A stretch of DNA of 64,000 nt from positions 156,599 to 220,598 of the IMG/VR virus record IMGVR_UViG_3300037502_002993; one strand, written 5' to 3'. The notes below the pieces were generated by a model. That model ran no database searches, had not been told where the DNA came from, and worked only from the letters and a program-made list of their open reading frames with translations. This document shows, one piece after another, positions 12,301 through 20,322 of the stretch (positions are counted from its first letter, which is position 1; every line of letters begins with the position of its first letter). A program made the translations under genes and the position numbers.

Positions 12301-12734
12301 GTGAGTTTGAGGACATGTCAGAGTCCCTTCAAGGTGTGGCGGGTCAATCCAATCGTCGTCGCCGTCAAGAGGCCAAGGCCTCAGGGCAGCCCGCTTTCGA
12401 TGGTCAGGTGGATACGGGCTTTCGTATCCGTGGGGCCGCCCTTGATCCGGATAGCGTGGCCATTCAGGTGACCATTGATCATGACGTGGGGGTAACTGCG
12501 GGGGATAAGTTGGTGTACGCCAGCCAGCTGAAGTCCGTCATTTCTCGTGTCATGACGGGTCGTAATGAAACCGAAAGCGGTGAAGCCATCGATGCCCTCT
12601 TTGGTAACACCTCTGTGGAGGATCGGATGGTGTTGTCCCCCAAACTCATGGGCACCACCAATACCCTACTCCGGGTCCTTTCCCAACATATCGCATCTGT
12701 CTATCGAGGACGTAGTGATGTCAAGAGACCGTAA
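6398..12734 (+). CDS. Virion RNA polymerase beta-like subunit (phiKZ gp178-like), three exons: 6398-8158, 9707-11145, 11606-12734 (~1442 aa spliced)
   Basis: Splicing restores RFQRAD|LPIRKISPSRVALTSYY and DDAKRI|NFISVQ in frame; beta motifs EDG, GDK...QLKSVIS, DALFG in exon 3. Confidence 0.9.
8159..9706 (+). mobile_element. Group I intron 1 (1548 nt) with homing endonuclease ORF
   Basis: 5' exon ends in U (GCGGAT), intron ends in G9706; IGS GTCCGC at 9341-9346; core elements CTAACTGCGGGAA, GTTCAGAGGCCA, GAAACGGGGG, AAGATATGGTCC in 9350-9695. Confidence 0.9.
8206..9324 (+). CDS. Intron-encoded homing endonuclease: four zinc-ribbon (DUF723-like) repeats plus C-terminal Vsr/EDxHD-like nuclease
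   Basis: Four repeats of Y(D/S)Y...C..HG.F...C..C; C-terminal ESKGE...YDFFLP..N..IEHHGGQHY...RD..K; GAGGT SD; visibly more A/T-rich than the flanking exons. Confidence 0.85.
   Translation: MGQPLKYTTEDFIDTATMMFGDHLSYEKAVYRGKRQRLIVTCTHHGEFDVNPLVFLMSTHGCANCARDETKERFIRRSLELHGDRYDYSLVEVDGYTDPVTVVCKTHGAFETSIYGHSVRGNQCPKCSRERDRTCPNEWIKKVKKIHKGKYDYSKAVYIHGKLPVTIICPHHGEFTQPARSHYAGHGCKQCHIQFVARSNKERFVRQAKEKHGVQYDYSRVVFLTTKEKVEILCRKHGPFWVTPNAHASSGAGCPRCIESKGERRIRLFLGNHKVRFIQEYRIEPFRYRYDFFLPDYNCVIEHHGGQHYMPVKRFGGEKAFKQCVQRDKNKKHIAKRKGITYRVTNYKMMNNSKLEKNLTRILLELGHSLDH
11146..11605 (+). mobile_element. Group I intron 2 (460 nt, ORF-less)
   Basis: Exon GAAU pairs with GUUC (11157-11160, U.G at the splice site); P10 AAGTTG (11151-11156) is complementary to 3' exon CAACTT; core CTAATTGCTGG, GTTCATCGACTA, AAGATATAGTC; terminal G11605. 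Confidence 0.92.
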
Positions 12735-12927
12735 GAAGATCAGTCCCGATCTCCTCTACACGCAAAACCTGGCCGTGGTCAGTGCCGCCCTTGAATTGGG
12801 CGGCTGTGTCCTGTGTGAGGTCGCCGGTGGCGAAGAGCTCTCCAATCGCCTCAATGATAAAACCCATGAGAAGAAGGACTTCCAGGAACTCCTGGCAGCC
12901 CGCCTGATGGTCAAACTGGGAGTCTGA
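12718..12927 (+). CDS. Small hypothetical protein (69 aa)
   Basis: ATG 12718 with GAGGA SD, overlapping the end of the RNAP gene and abutting the next gene. Confidence 0.6.
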   Translation: MSRDRKKISPDLLYTQNLAVVSAALELGGCVLCEVAGGEELSNRLNDKTHEKKDFQELLAARLMVKLGV

Positions 12928-12930
12928 ATC

Positions 12931-14403
12931 ATGCTGTCACCCTGTACTATCCATAATGCCCGTCAGGTAGCCACCTCACTGACGGAAGCCAAACGTGAAG
13001 CCCGCGCTAAATCCAGCCACTACCCACTAGGGCAGTTGACCGACCGCCTTGAAGTCGGGGCCCCGATGCTCAAGCGCAGTGTGAACTATGAGGGGTATGA
13101 AAAACTCACCCAGCGTTTTAAAGAAGTCAATGAGGTGACCAGTGCGCAGAGCGAAGAGTTCTTTCGTGATCTGGTGAAGGTGACCAGTGACGGGGTGAAC
13201 AACATGCTCCACCTGTCGCGTAATGTGGTGGTTCCGCTGATCAAGCGCTGCGCGCAAGATGTTCAGTACTACTTTGAGGACCGCCATCCGGAACTCAAAA
13301 TCCAGCCGGTCTCACTGACCCCCTTGTTGCAGTCTGACGTCCTGCTGCAGCACCTTCAGGATTATCCAAAACAATACGGGGTTAAGGAAGAGTACAAGAC
13401 CTTTATCCTGGCACCCCCCACCATTGAGCAACTGCGCGAATGGGCCGCCCAGACCCCGCACATTGAGAGTGATCTCATCAAGCGCTGGCTTGGGAAGGTG
13501 GAGGATGAGGATCTGCTTGGGGTATTCAGTACCCTCTTCAATGACAAACGCGTACTGAATGTGGACGACCTTTACTTTGCGCGTCCCCACACTCTGGTAT
13601 GGCATGCCGATCTCCTGCTCTTTGCCTACTTCCTGACCAGCTACCTGCGGGATAACCCCCAGGACACCGTTGATGATGGAGCCAGTCTTGCAGAGTGGGA
13701 AACCGCACTGGGAGACCTTCACGGTTATATGGGTCTGCGCCTGATTGAGCTTAATGAGCGCCGGGCTCGTCTGAAACGCGAAGGGCGCCTGGTCCTGAAT
13801 TATGATGATCGGGTAGCGGGTGATGGCATGCATGTGTACATCAACCCCGATCTGGTGGATGAGTGGCAGGCCAAAGGGGGCACCGCTGGCATGTTGCTGG
13901 CGGCGGGTTACGTCGACCCCATGCTGACCCGCATCGATGCACTCATGGCAGAGAAGGACGCCCTGGAGGCCTTTTGGGCACGCAAACACAAAGCCCTGAA
14001 GATGCATTCCAACGCCGCCAATAAAGCCAATCGTCGTGGTCACTATCGCATGATCATGGAAACCACGTCAGGTGATGGGGAAGACGGTCTCCCTAAGGTG
14101 GGGCATGACGTGTGGAAGGAGCGTCTTAACGACTCCCTGGCAGCGCTCTCTGAAGATGACATGGAGAAGCCCTATTACGCCATCACGGAGTTGGTGTGTG
14201 ACTGCTACTTTCCTGGAACGGCCATTAAGGACTTCCTGAGGACCATGGAACGTTGTGGGGTGGATATCCATGCCCGTGAAGCAGCTACATTCGCTACCGT
14301 TGAGGTACTCGCCTCCTGGATGGCAGAGCAGATCAAGGTGGAGGCGGTTGAGCTTGACCTTGCAGGGGAAGAGAACGGCAAGCAAGTGCTCGCCAACGCT
14401 TAA
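12931..14403 (+). CDS. Hypothetical, probably virion-associated protein (phiKZ gp177 position)
   Basis: 490-aa ORF with GGGAG SD in the operon; assignment by synteny only. Confidence 0.6.
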   Translation: MLSPCTIHNARQVATSLTEAKREARAKSSHYPLGQLTDRLEVGAPMLKRSVNYEGYEKLTQRFKEVNEVTSAQSEEFFRDLVKVTSDGVNNMLHLSRNVVVPLIKRCAQDVQYYFEDRHPELKIQPVSLTPLLQSDVLLQHLQDYPKQYGVKEEYKTFILAPPTIEQLREWAAQTPHIESDLIKRWLGKVEDEDLLGVFSTLFNDKRVLNVDDLYFARPHTLVWHADLLLFAYFLTSYLRDNPQDTVDDGASLAEWETALGDLHGYMGLRLIELNERRARLKREGRLVLNYDDRVAGDGMHVYINPDLVDEWQAKGGTAGMLLAAGYVDPMLTRIDALMAEKDALEAFWARKHKALKMHSNAANKANRRGHYRMIMETTSGDGEDGLPKVGHDVWKERLNDSLAALSEDDMEKPYYAITELVCDCYFPGTAIKDFLRTMERCGVDIHAREAATFATVEVLASWMAEQIKVEAVELDLAGEENGKQVLANA

Positions 14404-14417
14404 TGGGAGTGTGACCG

Positions 14418-15140
14418 ATGGATGTGACCACCCTAGTGCGTGATCCGGATTATATCACACGCCACCTGGTCGTAACTGATGGGGGTGGGGTGGTCACTCG
14501 CCGCCCCACCAAGATCATGATTCCTGAACGCTACGCTGAACGCCATCTCGCCTCCCTAGGGGGCGAGACGTATATTCTCGGACTGTTTGGGATCATTATG
14601 GATGAGAAGTACTATGGGGTTTCCTTTGTGAACGCCATGGTGCGCATTACCCCAAGCTCCACCACCACAGTAGATGTTGGCGGAGATGCCTATTTGGAGT
14701 TTTCATTTGAACCAGGGGACCAGGTCATCTATAGTTTAGACCTGGTGAAGAACGACATTCTGACCTTTTACATCTACGATGAACATGTGGCGAAGGGCAG
14801 AATCCCTTGGTACATGAATTACCTAGATCTGGCCTATCTGTTTGACAGCGCCAAAGAGCATGCTGGGATGAACTTGGGTAACCGTGCTGTATTGGAGCTG
14901 ATGCTCTCCACCATTGCCCGCGACTCCAATAATGTCGGGGCGTTGTATCGCCACATCATGCAGGGTCTCACTTACGTTTACCAAATCCCCCCGAAATGGA
15001 TACCATTTAGAAGCGTGATCTGGAACACCAGTGATACCACGAGTAAATTGATCGGGGGGTATTTCAGTGATGCCGTAACGTCAGCCCTGGTCAACCCTAG
15101 TGAGCGGGTAGAGCGGATTGAGGGACTTTTGAGGACGTGA
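14418..15140 (+). CDS. Conserved phiKZ-like protein (gp176-like)
   Basis: 240-aa ORF ending ...SALVNPSERVERIEGLLRT; lies between RNAP and protease genes. Confidence 0.6.
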   Translation: MDVTTLVRDPDYITRHLVVTDGGGVVTRRPTKIMIPERYAERHLASLGGETYILGLFGIIMDEKYYGVSFVNAMVRITPSSTTTVDVGGDAYLEFSFEPGDQVIYSLDLVKNDILTFYIYDEHVAKGRIPWYMNYLDLAYLFDSAKEHAGMNLGNRAVLELMLSTIARDSNNVGALYRHIMQGLTYVYQIPPKWIPFRSVIWNTSDTTSKLIGGYFSDAVTSALVNPSERVERIEGLLRT

Positions 15141-15141
15141 T

Positions 15142-15963
15142 ATGAAAACACGCTATTTGAGGGGCACTCGTGCACAGTTAAATGCCCTAAATCTCCCTGA
15201 GGGGAATTTAGCTATTGATGTAGAAACCAAGGCTTTACGGTTCTTTGATGGAGAAACCCAAGGCGGCTTTGAGGTCCTGGGAACACGGGCCTATGAGCCC
15301 TCACCTCCTGGACCCACTGAGTTAATTGCGGGTGATTTAACCACTGGTTTTTATGGCGAGGTGGGGCCTGAGGAGTTCATCACCTACGGTGCCCTGAGTA
15401 CCTTGGTTGGGTTGAGTGCGGGGACCCTCCAGCATGATGCTGAATCCCTCTGGCTGAAGTTCTCCCTCGATGGGTCCCCGCTGTACGTCATGAAGAAGCC
15501 TGCACGACACACGGTGTCGTGGGATCAGCTGCACGCAGCGGGCCTGGTCTTTGGGACCAACACGGTGGAGGTCCAAGGACTCACCTACCAGGTCCGCCTG
15601 CTGCGCGGTGCTGCCTCCGACCCCACCACCGATGACATCGGCTTCGACATCCCCACCAGTCATGGGTCGGAGTGGAACCGGTTACTGTACCCCATCCACA
15701 GTGGGGTCCACACCAACACCAATAACCCCACGGTGCACACTGACCCCACTGCTGCGCCTTTTGGGAGCTGGGCACAGTACAGTGACAGTGATTTGGTATT
15801 ACGTGATACCGACAATGGTCGCCTCACCTGGTGTCAAGAAACCGCCGCCACCAGCACCCAGCGCGTGTATCGTGGTAATCCTGGTGTTACGACCTTGTTT
15901 CGCAATACCTCTTCGACTACGCGTTCGGATGTCGGTTGGAGAGCAGTCCTCGTGCCGGTATAA
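15142..15963 (+). CDS. Mtd-like putative receptor-binding protein (Mtd N-terminal-like domain plus C-type-lectin-like C-terminus)
   Basis: N-terminus LRGTRAQ...LAIDVETKALRFFDGETQGGF resembles the Mtd N-terminal domain; C-terminus TWCQE...RVYRG...GWRAVL resembles a CLec/FGE-fold end. Confidence 0.65.
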   Translation: MKTRYLRGTRAQLNALNLPEGNLAIDVETKALRFFDGETQGGFEVLGTRAYEPSPPGPTELIAGDLTTGFYGEVGPEEFITYGALSTLVGLSAGTLQHDAESLWLKFSLDGSPLYVMKKPARHTVSWDQLHAAGLVFGTNTVEVQGLTYQVRLLRGAASDPTTDDIGFDIPTSHGSEWNRLLYPIHSGVHTNTNNPTVHTDPTAAPFGSWAQYSDSDLVLRDTDNGRLTWCQETAATSTQRVYRGNPGVTTLFRNTSSTTRSDVGWRAVLVPV

Positions 15964-16200
15964 CGTCACCGTCACACGGACCACTCACCAGTCCGGGAGA
16001 GCGGCGTGAGTGCCCATCAGTTATCTAAGATGGGGACGAGTGCCGCTCACCAGTGGGGGCGTGCCGCATCGGGTCACTGGCGTGCCCCGCGTAAGCGTGG
16101 GGTCCCTGTGACCTGTTAACATCAACAACCACCGTAGGGGGTGGTCGAGGACTCAAGTGACGCCTTGATCCGGCCACCCTGCTCTTTGGGAGACTTGGTA

Positions 16201-16968
16201 ATGTCTATTCAGAAAAGCCCAGTGATGGGCTGTACGATGTTAGTGGGGACGACCAAGAAAGGTATCCTCGCTCCAGATGCCGACGGTTATTACCGTGTGG
16301 TACTCGGCGCTTATGGTGCGTATAACAGCGTTAACATGTTTTACGATCTCGATTCCGCCAAGCTTCTTTTCCAGTCCGGTTCCCCTTTGATGCGGATGTT
16401 GGAGAAAGGGGTATTGCGTGGAGAGTACAAGCACCCCGAGATGGAACGGGGGATGACAGAAGCTGAGTACATTCGCCGCATTCGTCAGATCGATGCGGAT
16501 CGTGTCTCCCACCATATCCGTAAGGTGTGGTTGGAGGGGGGACATAGCGATGAGAAGGGTCGTCCGGTGACGCTGGTCATGGGAGAGGTCAAACCCGATA
16601 CCGAGTGCGAACACGGACGTAGACTGAAGGCCGCACTGGACAACCCCCATGAGAACGTCTACTTCTCAGTGCGTTCACTGACTATGGACGACATGATGCG
16701 GGGAATTAAGTACACCCGTGAGATTGTCACTTGGGACTACGTCAACGAGGGGGGTATCTACAGTGCCAACAAGTACAACAGTCCGTCACTGGAAAGCTTC
16801 ACTGAAGTCCGTCTGACGCAAGAGATGGTTTATCAAGCAGTGGCGATGGAACCCAAGGCCGTTGGTATGGAGAGCGCTGACACCACCTGGAGGGGGTTGA
16901 TCCAGGAGATGGGGTGGGAGTTATCTCCCTGTAATGCCCCTGAGGTGCCGAACTATACGCAATGGTAA
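16201..16968 (+). CDS. Prohead (head maturation) serine protease (phiKZ gp175-like)
   Basis: GEYKHP (His) and FSVRS (Ser) motifs, TWDYVNEGG; C-terminal SLE/GME candidate self-cleavage sites; GGGAG SD. Confidence 0.88.
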   Translation: MSIQKSPVMGCTMLVGTTKKGILAPDADGYYRVVLGAYGAYNSVNMFYDLDSAKLLFQSGSPLMRMLEKGVLRGEYKHPEMERGMTEAEYIRRIRQIDADRVSHHIRKVWLEGGHSDEKGRPVTLVMGEVKPDTECEHGRRLKAALDNPHENVYFSVRSLTMDDMMRGIKYTREIVTWDYVNEGGIYSANKYNSPSLESFTEVRLTQEMVYQAVAMEPKAVGMESADTTWRGLIQEMGWELSPCNAPEVPNYTQW

Positions 16969-16981
16969 ACAAAAAAGAAAG

Positions 16982-17022
16982 CGACATAGTTGCCCTCCCG
17001 TAATGGGAGGGCGGTTATGCCG
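16982..17022. terminator. Bidirectional hairpin flanked by CGACATA / TTATGCCG
   Basis: GCCCTCCC-GTAAT-GGGAGGGC between convergent genes. Confidence 0.75.
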
Positions 17023-17032
17023 GAGTTTGCAG

Positions 17033-17503
17033 TTAATGGAAGGTAAAGGTCCACTCACCACGGTTAGAGTTCACATCCACTTCCAAGATGTCCGTAGGAC
17101 GACACCCGGTATTGACTCCCACCTTCTGGCCGAAGTTAAGAGAGATACCGCCGTTGATGGGGACTGTTTCACAGTTACCGCGATTAACCACCACGCCAGT
17201 AACGACCAGATCATCCGTGGCGGATTGGATGTTCACCGTAGCAAAGTTCATGGAGACGGGGTGGTGGGTCAGTTCTATCCGAAACCCAGGGGAGTCGTAA
17301 ACCTGTGGGATGGGCTCAGCTCCTCCCAGTTCCGCCTCACACTCTTCTTGGGTCATGCGCCAATCCATCATGGCAGCGGTATCGGGGTCAATGCCCCGGG
17401 CATCAAACTTATCGGCCACACAGTCCATCACGGTGGAGGCGTGGGTGGTAACTGAGAACAGCGAGAGCAGAGCCACAGATGCGAGCGTAATGAATGTTTT
17501 CAT
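17033..17503 (-). CDS. Secreted/periplasmic hypothetical protein
   Basis: Signal peptide MKTFITLASVALLSLFSVTTHA; beta-rich C-terminal domain with paired Cys (VNRGNC...GC). Confidence 0.7.
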   Translation of the reverse strand: MKTFITLASVALLSLFSVTTHASTVMDCVADKFDARGIDPDTAAMMDWRMTQEECEAELGGAEPIPQVYDSPGFRIELTHHPVSMNFATVNIQSATDDLVVTGVVVNRGNCETVPINGGISLNFGQKVGVNTGCRPTDILEVDVNSNRGEWTFTFH

Positions 17504-17623
17504 AAGAGGATATCCTTTAAATGCACGTGGTGGTTAAAACGCCTTATAGACCTCTGTAAGCGCTTTTGTGTAGTGGGGGTAGGGCTATGTACCCCCTAAC
17601 GTTTTAAAAAGCGTAGAAGTGCC

Positions 17624-18193
17624 TTACAGGCTCTTCTCGGTACGGAGTTTCAGCAGGAACTCCTTTAGTCGATCACGATCCTCCTCTACGGCGATATTGT
17701 AGCACGGTACACTGTTTTGCTTGGCGAGTTGCCAGGCAGTATTGGTTCCCCCTTTTACCGAACCATCGGCATTAGGAGGGGCATAACAAACCAGTAAGTC
17801 AGACGGTCGGTCTAATGCCGATCCAAGTACCTGATAGGCGTTTCGGGTGTGGGCCCTTAACGCGAAATCACTCCTGCTGTTAACCACTGCGTTCCAGTTG
17901 GGATGAACACTCGCTGCTAGGGCCTGTGCCTCTGGCCAGTTGGGAAACTGGGTGGCGTCAAAGAACTCTACTTCATCAGCGAGCTGTTCGTTGAGGAACA
18001 CCCCAGGAAGAAAGCTTTCGATACGCCCCCCGCCTCGTTTTGTTCCTTGTTCAAAGGCACAGTCGCTGTTCGGGGCGTGCCCACTGCGACAGGTGGCCCC
18101 CAACTGCCCGAAGCGCACGCCGATTTGATAGCAGTCTTTTAAGTAGTGGTGTGGAATATCACGACTTCCTACTCCAGTAAAAATGAGGTCCAT
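17624..18193 (-). CDS. SLOG/DprA-like Rossmann-fold protein
   Basis: FTGVGSRDIP, RSGHAPNSDCAFE, HTRNAYQVLG, GGTNTAW; ATG 18193 with AAGGA SD. Confidence 0.75.
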   Translation of the reverse strand: MDLIFTGVGSRDIPHHYLKDCYQIGVRFGQLGATCRSGHAPNSDCAFEQGTKRGGGRIESFLPGVFLNEQLADEVEFFDATQFPNWPEAQALAASVHPNWNAVVNSRSDFALRAHTRNAYQVLGSALDRPSDLLVCYAPPNADGSVKGGTNTAWQLAKQNSVPCYNIAVEEDRDRLKEFLLKLRTEKSL

Positions 18194-18206
18194 GGTTGGG
18201 TCCTTA

Positions 18207-18235
18207 CGGCATAAAAGGCCCTCCCGAAGGAGGGC
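18207..18235 (-). terminator. Hairpin plus TTTTATGCCG
   Basis: GCCCTCC-CGAA-GGAGGGC downstream of 18271-20295. Confidence 0.75.
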
Positions 18236-18270
18236 AAGGCAACACACCAGCCTGGTGTTGGGGGTGCGGA

Positions 18271-20295
18271 TCAGGCCCGCTTGATCAAAAGGGCGTTGTC
18301 GACAAGCCACCCTTTGAAGATCTCATAGTAGACGCCGTCAAGACTGATCAGACGAACGTTACGCCCCTCCAGGGTACCGGCATCCTGATGACGATCCAGC
18401 AGACCGCGCACCAACTTGTGGAGTTTCGGGTGGTAGGTCTGACTGATCAGTACTGGCTCTTCATCCATGACCACGGATTCGAGCTGCTCACTGCGCCAAT
18501 TCACCTGTACGTTGAGGAACACATCAACGAGGTCACACGCCTCGATCACAGTGTTGTCTTCGTTCCACTCCACCTCCATCATGAAGGGGCGCTTTAGGAT
18601 CTGGTGGCTGCGGGACTTGATCACCGTCACCACGTCCGCTTTCCCTTTCCCCTGTAAGTAAGTGTACAACTCCTTGATGTCTTCGCAGAAGTCATCAACC
18701 TGCACTGACATGGAGAGGTTGTCCTTCAAGATGCGGTTAAGCTCTCGCGTCAGGCGCTGATTGAGGACCCGGTAATGCCGCAGTGACAAGATGCCATCAC
18801 TCAGGGCTTCTTTCAGTCCTCGGGCAACCGCTGGGAGACTATCGGCCGTGGCCAGCATCTCAATGCGCTCCACGCACTCCTTGTTGGTGCAGAACGGATA
18901 CGCTTTGACGCTCTGGTACTCATGAGCGGGTAGGGGGGCATCAGCCGACAAGGTCAGGGCTTCACGGATCAACTCCCGAGCACGCTCCTCATTTTCCTCA
19001 TCTGTACTTCCCAGTAGGATCTCCTCGATCAATACCGGAGTCTCATCACTGAGCTTACCGTCTTTACTCAGGTCGATGACCTCCCCCAACCCCACTGTCT
19101 CATCGGCGTCGTAGTTGAGCACTTTGATATTATTTGCCACTAACTTATCTGTGGACTTCAGTTTCACACGACGCAGCTTCTCATCGATTTCATGTTTCAG
19201 GTAATCCATCCCCAGACTCCAGGCAACGGGGTGTTCTTCCACCCAACCATCGGGCCATTTGACGTGGTACAGGCAATACTGCATCGGGTCATAAGACTCA
19301 CTCCACGGGTGTTCGTCATTACGCACGCTCTTCCACCCGGACAGATGGGCAGGTCTGCACTCCACACCGCCCGGTGCATAGATCACATCCCAAGGCCGCT
19401 CCTCGTTGATCTCTACCCCAAACGGCTGGAAGTGATCCGGATCAAACTCGATGTCCTCGATACTGCGTGGGGTGTTCTCATCGTACGTGGGTTGAGTCGC
19501 CATGTGAGCACTCTCCTGTCCCTGTTGAACGGGTTGTGTGTGGGTGGAGTGTTGTGTGCTCCAACTCTCCTGGTGGGGCGGCTCTTCAGCGGGGGTCTCA
19601 TGATATCGACCCGAAGAGCCCTGGAAAGAACCACCGCCTCCAGGGGCTGACTGACCACCCATGGACGGTTGAGCTACCTGAGCCTGACCGTGGACATTAT
19701 ACCCGTGGAAGCTCTGATTAACTACGGTGTTCTGGGGCTGCTGCTGGAACTGCGGCGGGTTGCGGCCATTGCGCAGAAAGGCCTCCACGTCAATGTGAAT
19801 GGCTTCGAGGTCTTGACTGGCTTTCACCAAGCCCTGCATCAGTTGTTGATTACCGGATACCATCTGAGCCACAGCGGGGTATTGGGCGGCCATAGAGGCC
19901 ACCAGTCCGGCATAGCACATCCCAACGGCTTTATCCGCTGCAACCTGAGGTGGGTTGCTGTTGCCCTGACAGACCACTAGGTAATCTGCAAAATCCACCG
20001 CCAGCTGTACCCACTGGGTAAAGAGCGGGTTGGCAAACCAGTTATTGGAGACCAGGTTATAGGTGAATATGTGCAGCGGTGATCCTGGACGCTCTGCCCG
20101 GTCCTGGAGCAGTTGACGAAACGTGGTGGTGATGTAGTCGGTCAGATTCCCCGGCAGTCCCCGCGGGGGGGTGAGGCGTGGCCAGACGTTGTTCTGACCG
20201 GGGGCCATGAACGTGGAGCGCTCCGGCACATCCGTCCGTGCGGGAAGTGGCTGGCCGTACCCACCATGTGGCTGGCCTTGCTGGTAGTGTTGCAT
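18271..20295 (-). CDS. Conserved phiKZ-like protein with Q/G/P-rich regions (gp124 position)
   Basis: 674-aa ORF immediately downstream of the nvRNAP subunit. Confidence 0.65.
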   Translation of the reverse strand: MQHYQQGQPHGGYGQPLPARTDVPERSTFMAPGQNNVWPRLTPPRGLPGNLTDYITTTFRQLLQDRAERPGSPLHIFTYNLVSNNWFANPLFTQWVQLAVDFADYLVVCQGNSNPPQVAADKAVGMCYAGLVASMAAQYPAVAQMVSGNQQLMQGLVKASQDLEAIHIDVEAFLRNGRNPPQFQQQPQNTVVNQSFHGYNVHGQAQVAQPSMGGQSAPGGGGSFQGSSGRYHETPAEEPPHQESWSTQHSTHTQPVQQGQESAHMATQPTYDENTPRSIEDIEFDPDHFQPFGVEINEERPWDVIYAPGGVECRPAHLSGWKSVRNDEHPWSESYDPMQYCLYHVKWPDGWVEEHPVAWSLGMDYLKHEIDEKLRRVKLKSTDKLVANNIKVLNYDADETVGLGEVIDLSKDGKLSDETPVLIEEILLGSTDEENEERARELIREALTLSADAPLPAHEYQSVKAYPFCTNKECVERIEMLATADSLPAVARGLKEALSDGILSLRHYRVLNQRLTRELNRILKDNLSMSVQVDDFCEDIKELYTYLQGKGKADVVTVIKSRSHQILKRPFMMEVEWNEDNTVIEACDLVDVFLNVQVNWRSEQLESVVMDEEPVLISQTYHPKLHKLVRGLLDRHQDAGTLEGRNVRLISLDGVYYEIFKGWLVDNALLIKRA

Positions 20296-20322
20296 GGTGC
20301 AGTTCCTATTGTAGCGGGGTGA

